Positions 31,887 to 41,241 of a stretch of 64,000 bases of DNA are shown one piece after another; positions within the stretch are counted from its first letter, which is position 1, and each line of letters begins with the position of its first letter. The notes beneath the pieces are model-generated. The model ran no database searches and had not been told where the DNA came from. It saw nothing but the letters and a program-made list of their open reading frames with translations. Location of the stretch: NCBI GenBank assembly GCA_963719515.1, contig CAVRCJ010000004.1:1-64000 (forward strand), in the 5' to 3' direction. This stretch comes from an uncultured cyanobacterium (GTDB taxonomy: Bacteria > Cyanobacteriota > Cyanobacteriia > CAKZMO01). A program made the translations under genes and the position numbers.

Positions 31887-32278
31887 TCTATGTTCTAGAT
31901 ACAAATACGGTAATTTACTACTTCAAGGGCATGGGTAGGGTAGCTGAGCGTCTAGAGGCGGCGCTAGCTAGTGAAATAGCCATTCCAACAGTTGTGCTCT
32001 TTGAGCTGTATGTGGGTATCGCAAAGTCCTCTGATGCAACGAGGCGGAGTCAGCAGCTCAATACATTGCTTGATGCAGTGACAGTGCTGCCTTTCACTCA
32101 GGACATGGCAAAAGCTTCTGCCAGTATTCGCGCCACGCTTGAACGGCGAGGAAAGCCAATTGGGCCGCTTGACGGTTTGATTGCGGGAGTGGCTTTGGCG
32201 GAAAGCACAACGCTTGTAACTCATAACACACGGGAGTTTGCCAGGGTGGAAGGACTGTCTCTTACGGACTGGTTCTAG
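31886..32278 (+). CDS. vapC: VapC-family PIN toxin; natural start position reads ATC
   Basis: YVLDTN at 31889, ELYVG, PIGPLDGLIAG, LVTHNTREF. Confidence 0.88.
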   Translation: MYVLDTNTVIYYFKGMGRVAERLEAALASEIAIPTVVLFELYVGIAKSSDATRRSQQLNTLLDAVTVLPFTQDMAKASASIRATLERRGKPIGPLDGLIAGVALAESTTLVTHNTREFARVEGLSLTDWF

Positions 32279-32448
32279 GCTGGGCTTATTGAAGCGCTTC
32301 AGAAAGTAAGTGTAGGGCGATCGCCCTTTTTCGCTGCCCTCATCCTAAATCCCCTAATCTTGGGAGAGGGAAAGTCTTGGTGGGCTATCGTAGACCTATC
32401 GCGGGTTTCGTCGCCGCTGCGGTGCGATGTTTTGACTGTACTGAGCGT

Positions 32449-35400
32449 ATGTCTGACCTTGACCTGATTGAGCAGCTAGGAGATTTCTTACGTCGCCCTC
32501 TGATAGAAGTCTCTGAGGAGCGGCTGGAGCGGCATTTTCAGACAAGGTATGAGTGGGATGGAGCGAATCGCATCAATCGAGACGCCTATTCTCTGGCGGA
32601 GAATGGCACCGTCAGCGGGCTGTTGCTGCAGCCGGTGACCAGTGAGATTTTATATGATTTTCCCTTTCAACAGCTCACAGATTTAAGGCATTTATATCTA
32701 TCGCGAGTCAATCTGTCGGATTGGTCGTTCTTGAGCCACCTAACCGGCCTCACCTCGCTTGATTTAAGTTTCCGCATCAGCGATTGGTCATTCTTGAGCC
32801 ACCTAACCGACCTCACCTCGCTTGATTTGAGTTTCACCCGCATCAGCGATGGGTCATTCTTGGGCCACCTAACCAGCCTCACAACGCTTGATTTAAGTGC
32901 CAACAGCATCAGCGATGGGTCATTCTTGAGCCACCTAACCAGTCTCACCTCGCTTGATTTAAGTCACAACAGCATCAGCGATGGGTCATTCTTGAGCCAC
33001 CTAACCGGCCTCACCTCGCTTGATTTAAGTCACAACAGCATCAGCGATGGGTCATTCTTGAGCCACCTAACCGGCCTCACCTCGCTTTGTTTAAGTGCCA
33101 ACAGCATCAGCGATGGGTCATTCTTGAGCCACTTAACCGGCCTCACCTCGCTTTGTTTAAGTGCCAACAGCATCAGCGATGGGTCATTCTTGAGCCACCT
33201 AACCGGCCTCACCTCGCTTGATTTAAGTCACAACAGCATCAGCGATGGGTCATTCTTGAGCCACCTAACCGGCCTCACCTCGCTTGATTTGAGTCGCAAC
33301 CGCATCAGCGATGGGTCATTCTTGAGCCATCTAACCGGCCTCACCTCGCTTGATTTAAGTCACAACAGCATCAGCGATGGGTCATTCTTGAGCCACCTAA
33401 CCGGCCTCACCTCGCTTGATTTAAGTTCCAACAGCATCAGCGATGGGTCATTCTTGAGCCACCTAACCGGCCTCACCTCGCTTGATTTAAGTTCCAACAG
33501 CATCAGCGATGGGTCATTCTTGAGCCACCTAACCGGCCTCACCTCGCTTGATTTAAGTTCCAACCGCATCAGCGATGGGTCATTCTTGAGCCACCTAACC
33601 GGCCTCACAGCGCTTGATTTAAGTTTCAACAGCATCAGCGATGGGTCATTCTTGAGCCACCTAACCGGCCTCACAGCGCTTGATTTAAGTTCCAACAGCA
33701 TCAGCGATGGGTCATTCTTGAGCCACCTAACCGGCCTCACAGCGCTTGATTTAAGTTTCAACAGCATCACAGAAATTCCTCGGTGGTTGGCTACAGGCCG
33801 ATTAGCAATTAAAGTTGATGAGCAATATGCTTTCACCTGCATCAACCTCTACAACAATCCCATCAAGGAGCCACCCCTAGAAATTGTCCGTCAAGGCAAC
33901 GCCGCCATTCTCAACTACTACGACCAGCTCGCTGCCCAAGGCGAAGACCACCTCTACGAGGCCAAAATGCTGATCGTCGGCGAAGGCGAAGCGGGCAAAA
34001 CTACCCTAGCCCACAAAATCCCCGACCCCAACTGTCCCCTCTCCCACGTGGACGATCGCACCCGAGGCATCAGCATTCAACCCCACAGCTTTCCCTGCCG
34101 CAGCCGTGACCAAGCCGCAGAACCCCGCGACTTCCACCTCAACATCTGGGACTTCGGCGGCCAAGAAATCTACCACTACACCCACCGCTTCTTCCTCTCC
34201 AAGCGCTCCCTCTACGTCCTCGTCGCCGACAATCGCAAAGACGACACCGACTTCAACTACTGGCTCAACATCATCCAGCGCTTCGCCGGTAACAGCCCCC
34301 TCATCATCGTCCTCAACGAAAAAGGCGACATCCAGCGCAGCCTCAACCGCGCCGACCTGCGGGGCCGCTACCCCGACAGCATCAAAGAAATCCTCTCCGT
34401 CAACTTCAAAACCCAGGAAGAGCCAGACCAAGCCAAAGCCCAGCAGCGTCTCAAAGATATTGATCAGCTCATCGGCCACATTCAGCACCAGGCCCAAAAC
34501 CTCCCCCACATCGGCGAGCCGGTACCCGCCCGCTGGGTAGACGTGCGCCAAGCCGTAGAAGAGGACGATCGCAATCATATCTACCGCGAACAGTTCGACG
34601 AACTCTGCCACACCCAAGAGATCACCAAAAGCGAAGACATCGACACCCTGCTCAGCTACTTCCACGACCTGGGCATCCTCCTCCACTTCGAGAGCAACCC
34701 CCTGCTGCGCAACCGCGTCATCCTCAAGCCCGCCTGGGCCACCAACGCCGTCTACCGCATCTTCGACGACGACAGCATCAAAGCCAAAGCCGGTCGCTTC
34801 ACTCGCCAAGACTGCGCCGCCATCTGGAGCGACCCCCAGTACCGCCGCATGCACGACGTGCTCATCGAGCTGATGAAGAACTTTCGCCTGGTGTACGAAA
34901 TCGGCACCACCGGCAACCTCGTCGCCCCCCAACTGCTGCCCCCCAACACGCCAGCTTATCCCTGGGACGAAGCCCAAAACAGCCACATGCAGCTCCGCTA
35001 CGACGCCTTTATGCCCAAGGGCATCTTCTGGCAGCTCGCCGTCACCCTCTACCGCTACATCCCTAATCACGACTGGGTGTGGCGTAGCGGCATGGTCATC
35101 CAGCGGGGCAACACCTGGGCAGAAGTCAAAGAAGACCTCAACCTCCGCCGCATTTTCCTGCGCTTCTGCGGCCCCAGCATAGCCGAGTTTCGCGCCGTCA
35201 TCGTCGATGAGCTAGACCACATCAGCGGCACCTACCATGGTCTTAACTACGACAAAATGATTCCCTGCCAGTGCAGCGAATGCCAAGTAGCCAATCCGCC
35301 CCACTTTTTTGACTACACAGTTCTCAAGCGGCGGCAGGAATCGGGCAAAAAGCCAACCATTGAGTGCCAGCGCAGCGAGGAAGATGTTTCCCTCCGCTTA

Positions 35401-36056
35401 TTGCTCGAAGGCTTCGACGTTCAAAAAATCGTCGAAAGCGTTGCCCGACAAACAAGGCGACGAGCCCGCGCCGCCTGGGGCACCCCCGGCTGTCGCCGTC
35501 CCCCTTCCCAAGGGGGACTATAAGCCGTATCCAGCAGGCGCAAACACCTATGCAATGCAAACCATCAAAATCTTTCTTGGCCTCCTCCTCAGAGCTGAAA
35601 GGCGATCGCGAGCAGTTCGAGATTTTCATCAGCCGCAAGAACAAGCAGACTGTACAAGACGGCATTTTCCTAGAGCTGGTGATTTGGGAAGACTTCCTCA
35701 GCGCCCTGTCCAAAACGCGATCGCAAGACGAATACAACCTCGCGATCGCCAACTGCGACATCTTCCTCTGCCTTGCCCACACCAAAGTCGGCCAATACAC
35801 CAACGAAGAATTTCTCGTCGCCCTAGAAACCTTCAAGGACAGCGATCGCCCCCTAATCTGGACTTACTTCAAAGACGCCGCCGTCAACATGAGCCGCATC
35901 ACGCCAGAAATCATGACCTTACTCAACTTCAAACAGCAGCTCTCTGACATGGAGCATTTCTATCAAAACTATGCCGACGGCAACGATCTCCTGCGTCAGT
36001 TTGGCGAGCAGTTGCTCAAGGTGCTGCCGCGATTAACTGGCGGCGACCCTCGTTAG
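32449..36056 (+). CDS. LRR-Roc-COR (ROCO) protein with frameshifted C-terminal TIR/DUF4062-like domain
   Basis: 22-aa LRRs, VGEGEAGKTT, RTRGI, WDFGGQE, LNEK, YFHDLG; two +1 shifts near 35436 and 35578 lead into KIFLASSSEL...EEF. Confidence 0.88.
32713..33765 (+). repeat. 16 near-identical 66-bp LRR-coding tandem repeats (first unit 63 bp)
   Basis: unit ATCAGCGATGGGTCATTCTTGAGCCACCTAACCGGCCTCACCTCGCTTGATTTAAGTNNCAACAGC. Confidence 0.97.
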
Positions 36057-36157
36057 ATTTATCCATCAGAACGTCGCCAGTAGCTTTCTCACAGCGTATT
36101 TAGTACAATAGAACCACTCACCATCCTGTACGGTTCAGCAAGTGAGACTCAAGTGCT

Positions 36158-36409
36158 ATGGATAAACCCAACGTCAAAACATCCCAGAATCCCGCGCCCC
36201 AAGAAGCGCCCAAAGATTCGACCCTCATCGCCGATATCATCGAAGCCCTTACCTTCGTATCCGAGCAGGGGTGCCCCGAACTCGCTAAAGACGCCGGGCG
36301 GGTCATGCAGCAGTACCCCGAAATGGTGAAGCGGACCGCCTGGACGCAGCTGCCCGCCGAGACAAGGCGATCGCTACAGCAGCTTTTGCGGGACGAACAA
36401 GCGGCTTAG
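36158..36409 (+). CDS. hypothetical protein
   Basis: 83-aa ORF with ATG and plausible composition. Confidence 0.6.
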   Translation: MDKPNVKTSQNPAPQEAPKDSTLIADIIEALTFVSEQGCPELAKDAGRVMQQYPEMVKRTAWTQLPAETRRSLQQLLRDEQAA

Positions 36410-36517
36410 CGCTATCGCGCTTCAATCTCACTGCGCCTTTGTTTCTTTGGGGGGACGAACGCGCAGGGTAATTTTTGCCACCCTAAACGTGTTCTTAAGT
36501 CTCGAGGAATTACGGTT

Positions 36518-36751
36518 ATGGCGACTACGCCCACAAGCGACATCATCAGCAATCTAGAGTACGACTGGGTGAGCACGATGCACAACAAAGCTGAGGCCCT
36601 CAAAGCCTACGAGCAGTACATCAGTGACGCGGAGGCCGCTGGATCTCAGCCCTGTGTCGACCTGTTTAAGAAGATTCGCGACGCGGAGATTGAGCAGATT
36701 CGCGAGATTCGCGAGCATCTTATGACCGTGATGCAGCAGGGCAAGATGTAG
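36518..36751 (+). CDS. small helical hypothetical protein (half ferritin-like)
   Basis: GAGG RBS; NLEYD...HNKAEALKAYEQYISDA. Confidence 0.75.
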   Translation: MATTPTSDIISNLEYDWVSTMHNKAEALKAYEQYISDAEAAGSQPCVDLFKKIRDAEIEQIREIREHLMTVMQQGKM

Positions 36752-36897
36752 CCGTGAACAGAGTTGGCAACGCTGCAGCCTAGATTGCCCTGATCCGGGC
36801 AACGCCCATTGGTGTGAAGATTGTATAGAATGACTTCTGGGCAGACGGTGAGAGAGTCTGCCTTTTTAAGGGTATTGCCTCCGCTGTCTGAATTTCT

Positions 36898-38466
36898 ATG
36901 CTGCATCGCGTTGCCAAACGACTCTCCCCAACCTCGATTTCCTACGGCCTGATTGCCGTTGGGGTTATGCTGCGTCTGGTGCAATACGCCTCGGGGCGAT
37001 CGCTGTGGGGGGATGAGGCGAAGCTGGCGCTCAACATCGTCAATCGCTCCTACCCCGAGCTGTTTCAGGTTTTAGACTATGACCAGGTCGCCCCTGTGGG
37101 GTTTTTGCTGGTGGAAAAGGCGATCGCCCAGGTGCTTGGGGCCAGCGAGGCAGCGCTGCGGCTGTTTCCGCTGGTGGCGGGCATTGGGGCGCTGACGCTG
37201 GCCTATCAGCTGGCGCGACGGACCCTCTCTCCGCTAGCGGTGCCTATCGCGCTGGCGTTCGTGGCTTTTTCTAGTCGGCTGGTGTACTACTCATCTGAAG
37301 TCAAGCCCTACGCCCTGGACGTTGCCCTGACCCTAGCAATTTTGGCCTATGGGGCGTTTGACCCCAGAACGGTGACCAGAACCCAGGCGATAAGAGCCGC
37401 GCTGATTGGGGCGATCGCCGTGTGGTTTTCCTATCCGGCGGTGTTCGCGTTAGCAGGGGTGGGCCTGGTGTGCATCGCGCCAGCGCTGGCGCACCAAGGT
37501 CGCCCCCACCCTAAGCCCATTCGCTGGGAACCAACCCTGCTGACTGTTTTGCCCTGGGCGCTCAGCTTTTTGGTCTTCTACGCGGTCTCCGTTCACAGCA
37601 ACACGGGCAACAGTACCCTACAGGACTCCTGGGCCTCCCGCCGCGCCTTTCCCGCTTCCCTGCCAGACCTAGACTGGCTGTTCTATTCCCTGAAGCGCAT
37701 GTTCGAGAAGCCCCTCAGCTTTCCGTCCCCAGTGCTAAACTATCTGGCGATCGTGGCTTGGCTGGTGGGCAGCGCGGCTTTTTTCCGTCGGGGCAGGCCG
37801 GGAGCCTATGCGCTGTTGATGTCGCCGCTGGTTATGAGTCTGCTGGCGGCCTACCTCAACAAGTACCCGTTTTATAGCCGCCTGATCGTCTTTTTGGTGC
37901 CTCTATTTGCCATGGTGATTGCGGAGGGGATAGCGACGCTGCTGCGGCTGCGGTGGCCCGCTGCGCTAGCGGGGATGGCCCTGGCGATCGCTCTGCTCTA
38001 TTTGCCTGTGGTTACCGGCAGCAGCGTTTTGATTAGCCCCCGCATTGACGAAGACATTAGGCCGCTGATGGGCTACGTGCAGCAGCACCGCCAGCCCGGA
38101 GACGTGCTGTATGTGTTTCAAAAAAGCAAGTTTCAGTTTCAGTTTTACCAGTCAGAGTATGGCTACGACGCCGACGATTACATCGTTGGCATAGACCCAG
38201 AAGACCTGGGTGTGAGTGACTCCGGCGGTCTGCGCCGGCTGTACGGTAAAGACATCAAAAAGCTCTGCGGCGAGGAGCGGGTGTGGGTGCTGGTGGCCGA
38301 TATCAACCTTCGCAGCGATACGGTGATTTTGCTAGAGCAGCTAGAGCGCCTGGGCCAGCGAGCAGAGCGTATAGAGGCAGACGGGCTGTCTAGCTTTGTA
38401 GACCGCTACGACCTCTCGGCCTGCGGCCCTGTGGCGATCGCCCGCAGCGTCAGCCGTCGCCCGTGA
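36898..38466 (+). CDS. GT-C fold glycosyltransferase (family 39/ArnT-like)
   Basis: RSLWGDE, DQVAPVGF, LRLFP, YYSSEVKPYA, many TMs. Confidence 0.85.
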   Translation: MLHRVAKRLSPTSISYGLIAVGVMLRLVQYASGRSLWGDEAKLALNIVNRSYPELFQVLDYDQVAPVGFLLVEKAIAQVLGASEAALRLFPLVAGIGALTLAYQLARRTLSPLAVPIALAFVAFSSRLVYYSSEVKPYALDVALTLAILAYGAFDPRTVTRTQAIRAALIGAIAVWFSYPAVFALAGVGLVCIAPALAHQGRPHPKPIRWEPTLLTVLPWALSFLVFYAVSVHSNTGNSTLQDSWASRRAFPASLPDLDWLFYSLKRMFEKPLSFPSPVLNYLAIVAWLVGSAAFFRRGRPGAYALLMSPLVMSLLAAYLNKYPFYSRLIVFLVPLFAMVIAEGIATLLRLRWPAALAGMALAIALLYLPVVTGSSVLISPRIDEDIRPLMGYVQQHRQPGDVLYVFQKSKFQFQFYQSEYGYDADDYIVGIDPEDLGVSDSGGLRRLYGKDIKKLCGEERVWVLVADINLRSDTVILLEQLERLGQRAERIEADGLSSFVDRYDLSACGPVAIARSVSRRP

Positions 38467-40151
38467 TGCCGTTTCCCTCGGCGGCAGGCCGCCTGTTCAA
38501 CAAAGCGATTCCTGCGCGGCTGTGGCTGATGGCAACCCTAAGCGTAGTGCTGGTTTACAGCGCTCCGATGCTGCGTCAGGCCTTCAGCGCCGCCGATGTC
38601 GTGCAGGACGACGCCCGGCAGCATGTGTTTTGGATGCAGCGCTTTCTCGCCCCGGACCTGTTTCCCCAAGACCTGATTGCCGACTATTTTCAGGCCGTTG
38701 CCCCTCCGGGCTATACCGCGCTCTACTGGCTGGCCGCCCAGCTGGGCATTCCGCCCCTGCTGTTTCACAAACTGCTGCCTCTGCCGCTGATGCTGCTGAC
38801 GGCGGGGCTCTGCTTTGCCCTGACGCTGCGGCTGTTGCCCAGTCCTCCGGCAGCGGCGATCGCCTCTCTGCTGCTGGCTCAGGGCCTAGGGCTGACGGAC
38901 GCCATTGTCTCCGCCACCCCCAAAGCTTTTATTTACCCGCTGCTGCTGGGGCTGCTGTATACCTTGGCCGCAGGCTGGCGCTGGGGCACCGTTGGCGTGA
39001 TTGCCCTCCAAGGTCTGTTTTACCCGCAGCTGGCGCTGATTGCCGTAGTACTGCTGCTGCTGCGTCTGGTGGATTGGCGACAGCGGACATTGGCTCCGCA
39101 GCACTACTGGACGGCGGCGGGGGGCATTGTGGCGGTGGGGCTGGTGCTACTGCCCTACGCCCTGCAGTCCCACGGCTATGGCCCCACCCTCACCCTTGCC
39201 GAGGCGCGATCGCTGCCCGAGCTGAGCCTTCCCGGCGGTCGGGCTCGCTTTTTCTACGACGACCCCGCCACCTACTGGCTCAAAGGCCGCAGCGGCTTAC
39301 GGCTAGCAACGGCGCTCACTCCGGTAACCAACGCGCTTGGGCTGCTGCTGCCTGCCCTCTATCGCCGCCCGCTGCTGCGCAAAGCTCGCTCCCTAGCGCT
39401 GCTGCCCCAGCTCGCGGCGGCCTCGCTGGTGATGTTCGCGGCGGCTCACCTGCTGCTGTTTCGGCTCCACTTGCCCAGCCGCTACACCCAGCATAGTTTC
39501 CGGGTGGTGCTCAGCGTCGCGGCGGCGATCGCTATTGTGACCCTCATAGACAGCGGCTGGCGCTGGGCTCGTTCCGCCTGGCAGCAGGCGATCGCTTTGG
39601 CCGTGACCGTAGTGCTGGGGGCCACGGTCCTGCTCTACCCCCTATGGACCGGCGGCCCCGTCACCGCCTACGAAGTGGGGCAGGCTCCGGCACTGTATGG
39701 GTTTCTTCGGCAGCAGCCCGTCAATTCGCTCGTGGCGTCGATCTCCGCTGAGGCCAATAACCTGCCCAGCTTTACGGGGCGCTCTATCTTGGTGGGCGAT
39801 GAGTACGCTATCCCCTACCACACCGGCTACTACCAGCAGATTCGCGACCGCATCCGGCGATTGATCGAGGCTCAGTACAGCGCCGATCCGGCCCTGGTGC
39901 AGCAGTTCATCAGCGACTATGGCGTTACCCACTGGCTGCTAGACCGCAATGCGTTTGGGCCACGCTACCTGGAAAATAATTCGCTGGTGCAGCAGTTCCC
40001 CGAATTCGCGCCCGCCGCCAACGCCGCAGGGACGCCCGCACTGCAGCAGACTGTCAGGCGCAAGGCCTGTGTAGCGTTTCGCGACGATCGGTACATTGTG
40101 CTCGGTGCGGCCTGTCTGCAGGAGAGCGATCGCCTCAAGCCAGAGGGCTAG
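38466..40151 (+). CDS. polytopic membrane protein, probable GT-C-like
   Basis: VQDDARQHVFW, DLIADYFQ, many TMs; start overlaps the upstream stop. Confidence 0.75.
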   Translation: MPFPSAAGRLFNKAIPARLWLMATLSVVLVYSAPMLRQAFSAADVVQDDARQHVFWMQRFLAPDLFPQDLIADYFQAVAPPGYTALYWLAAQLGIPPLLFHKLLPLPLMLLTAGLCFALTLRLLPSPPAAAIASLLLAQGLGLTDAIVSATPKAFIYPLLLGLLYTLAAGWRWGTVGVIALQGLFYPQLALIAVVLLLLRLVDWRQRTLAPQHYWTAAGGIVAVGLVLLPYALQSHGYGPTLTLAEARSLPELSLPGGRARFFYDDPATYWLKGRSGLRLATALTPVTNALGLLLPALYRRPLLRKARSLALLPQLAAASLVMFAAAHLLLFRLHLPSRYTQHSFRVVLSVAAAIAIVTLIDSGWRWARSAWQQAIALAVTVVLGATVLLYPLWTGGPVTAYEVGQAPALYGFLRQQPVNSLVASISAEANNLPSFTGRSILVGDEYAIPYHTGYYQQIRDRIRRLIEAQYSADPALVQQFISDYGVTHWLLDRNAFGPRYLENNSLVQQFPEFAPAANAAGTPALQQTVRRKACVAFRDDRYIVLGAACLQESDRLKPEG

Positions 40152-40438
40152 GAGAGGCAGCTGGCAATGGTCTGCTCAAGTTCGGGGCGCTCTAGCTCCG
40201 TCAGCACAAACACTTCCTGCGTTGTCTTACCCTTGCGGGCGATCAGCTTAAAGCCGCCGCGAATGGGCACCGAGACCTTGAGCTTTAGCTGGGGAGCGTT
40301 GGAGCGAGAGCGGCTGAGGACGGCAGGCGTGACCGTGCGAATGCCGGAGCATTTCACTAACCGCTCCAAAACCGGGATTAGGCCCGGCAGGTGGGTGGAG
40401 TGGTTCCAGACGAGTCGCCCGCTGGATGAGTCAGCCAT
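40148..40438 (-). CDS. DUF2103 family protein
   Basis: GRLVWNHSTH, GGFKLIARKGKTTQEVF. Confidence 0.85.
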   Translation of the reverse strand: MADSSSGRLVWNHSTHLPGLIPVLERLVKCSGIRTVTPAVLSRSRSNAPQLKLKVSVPIRGGFKLIARKGKTTQEVFVLTELERPELEQTIASCLS

Positions 40439-40480
40439 TTTGCGCTCCTGAATCGGCGCCAGCCAAGCTTAAGCGCGACA

Positions 40481-40849
40481 TTAAACCTTTTCCAGAGGAG
40501 CCATAGTCAGCCCTTCGCGGCTCAGCTGCTGATGATAAAATTCGGCCTGCTCGAGCGGCCCGACCCAAACGGTGGCCTGTCCCTCATGGTGAATCTTGTT
40601 GGTGAGATCCCAGGCCTGGTCTGGGTTGAGGCCAGGAATGTATTTCATCAGGCATTTGGCGACGTGCTGAAACGTGTTGACGTCGTCATTTAGAACAATG
40701 ACCTTGTAATTGGGGTACTGTTTGGGAGCAACTTGACGCGATTGAGTCGGCGCAACCGTAGGGGCTGCTCCAATAGCGACGGGCCCAACAGTGACGGATT
40801 TGATGGTGGTGGACCCGGCGGTGGCGGGCCTAAAGGCTGCGATGCGCAT
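40481..40849 (-). CDS. clpS: ATP-dependent Clp protease adaptor
   Basis: YKVIVLNDDVNTFQHV, IHHEGQATVW. Confidence 0.95.
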   Translation of the reverse strand: MRIAAFRPATAGSTTIKSVTVGPVAIGAAPTVAPTQSRQVAPKQYPNYKVIVLNDDVNTFQHVAKCLMKYIPGLNPDQAWDLTNKIHHEGQATVWVGPLEQAEFYHQQLSREGLTMAPLEKV

Positions 40850-41241
40850 TGTATTCTTCCGAGGTCTGCAGGGCGGTAGATAAAGCGTTCAAGTAATAAA
40901 AAATATATAGCTTCAGTAGCCTAATTTTAACACCCTCTACGAATGACGTAGAGAGCTGAGATGAAGTCCTTCGAACAGGCCGCAAAGATTGAGTAAGGAG
41001 GGGAAGCCTGCTCCGAGGGGCTGGGATAGTCTTCACCCGGCTGGAGTCACGGCGCTCCCCTGAGAATTGTGCTCAACATAGGAGACACGCAGCGCAGTCT
41101 CCTCGAAGATAGATCGGAGACAAAACTGAAAGCGGCGACCCGGCCCCGGCCGGGGCACGATCAGCCTCAGCTGCAGAGAGCGCCGTATAATATCAGCGCG
41201 ACTGCACACCGAGATTGCCTAGACAAGGAACCCCACCGTCA

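Noticed and set aside
32713..33765. 66-bp periodicity resembling a CRISPR array
   Set aside because: There are no unique spacers; the whole unit repeats, stays in frame and encodes LRRs. No cas genes are present.
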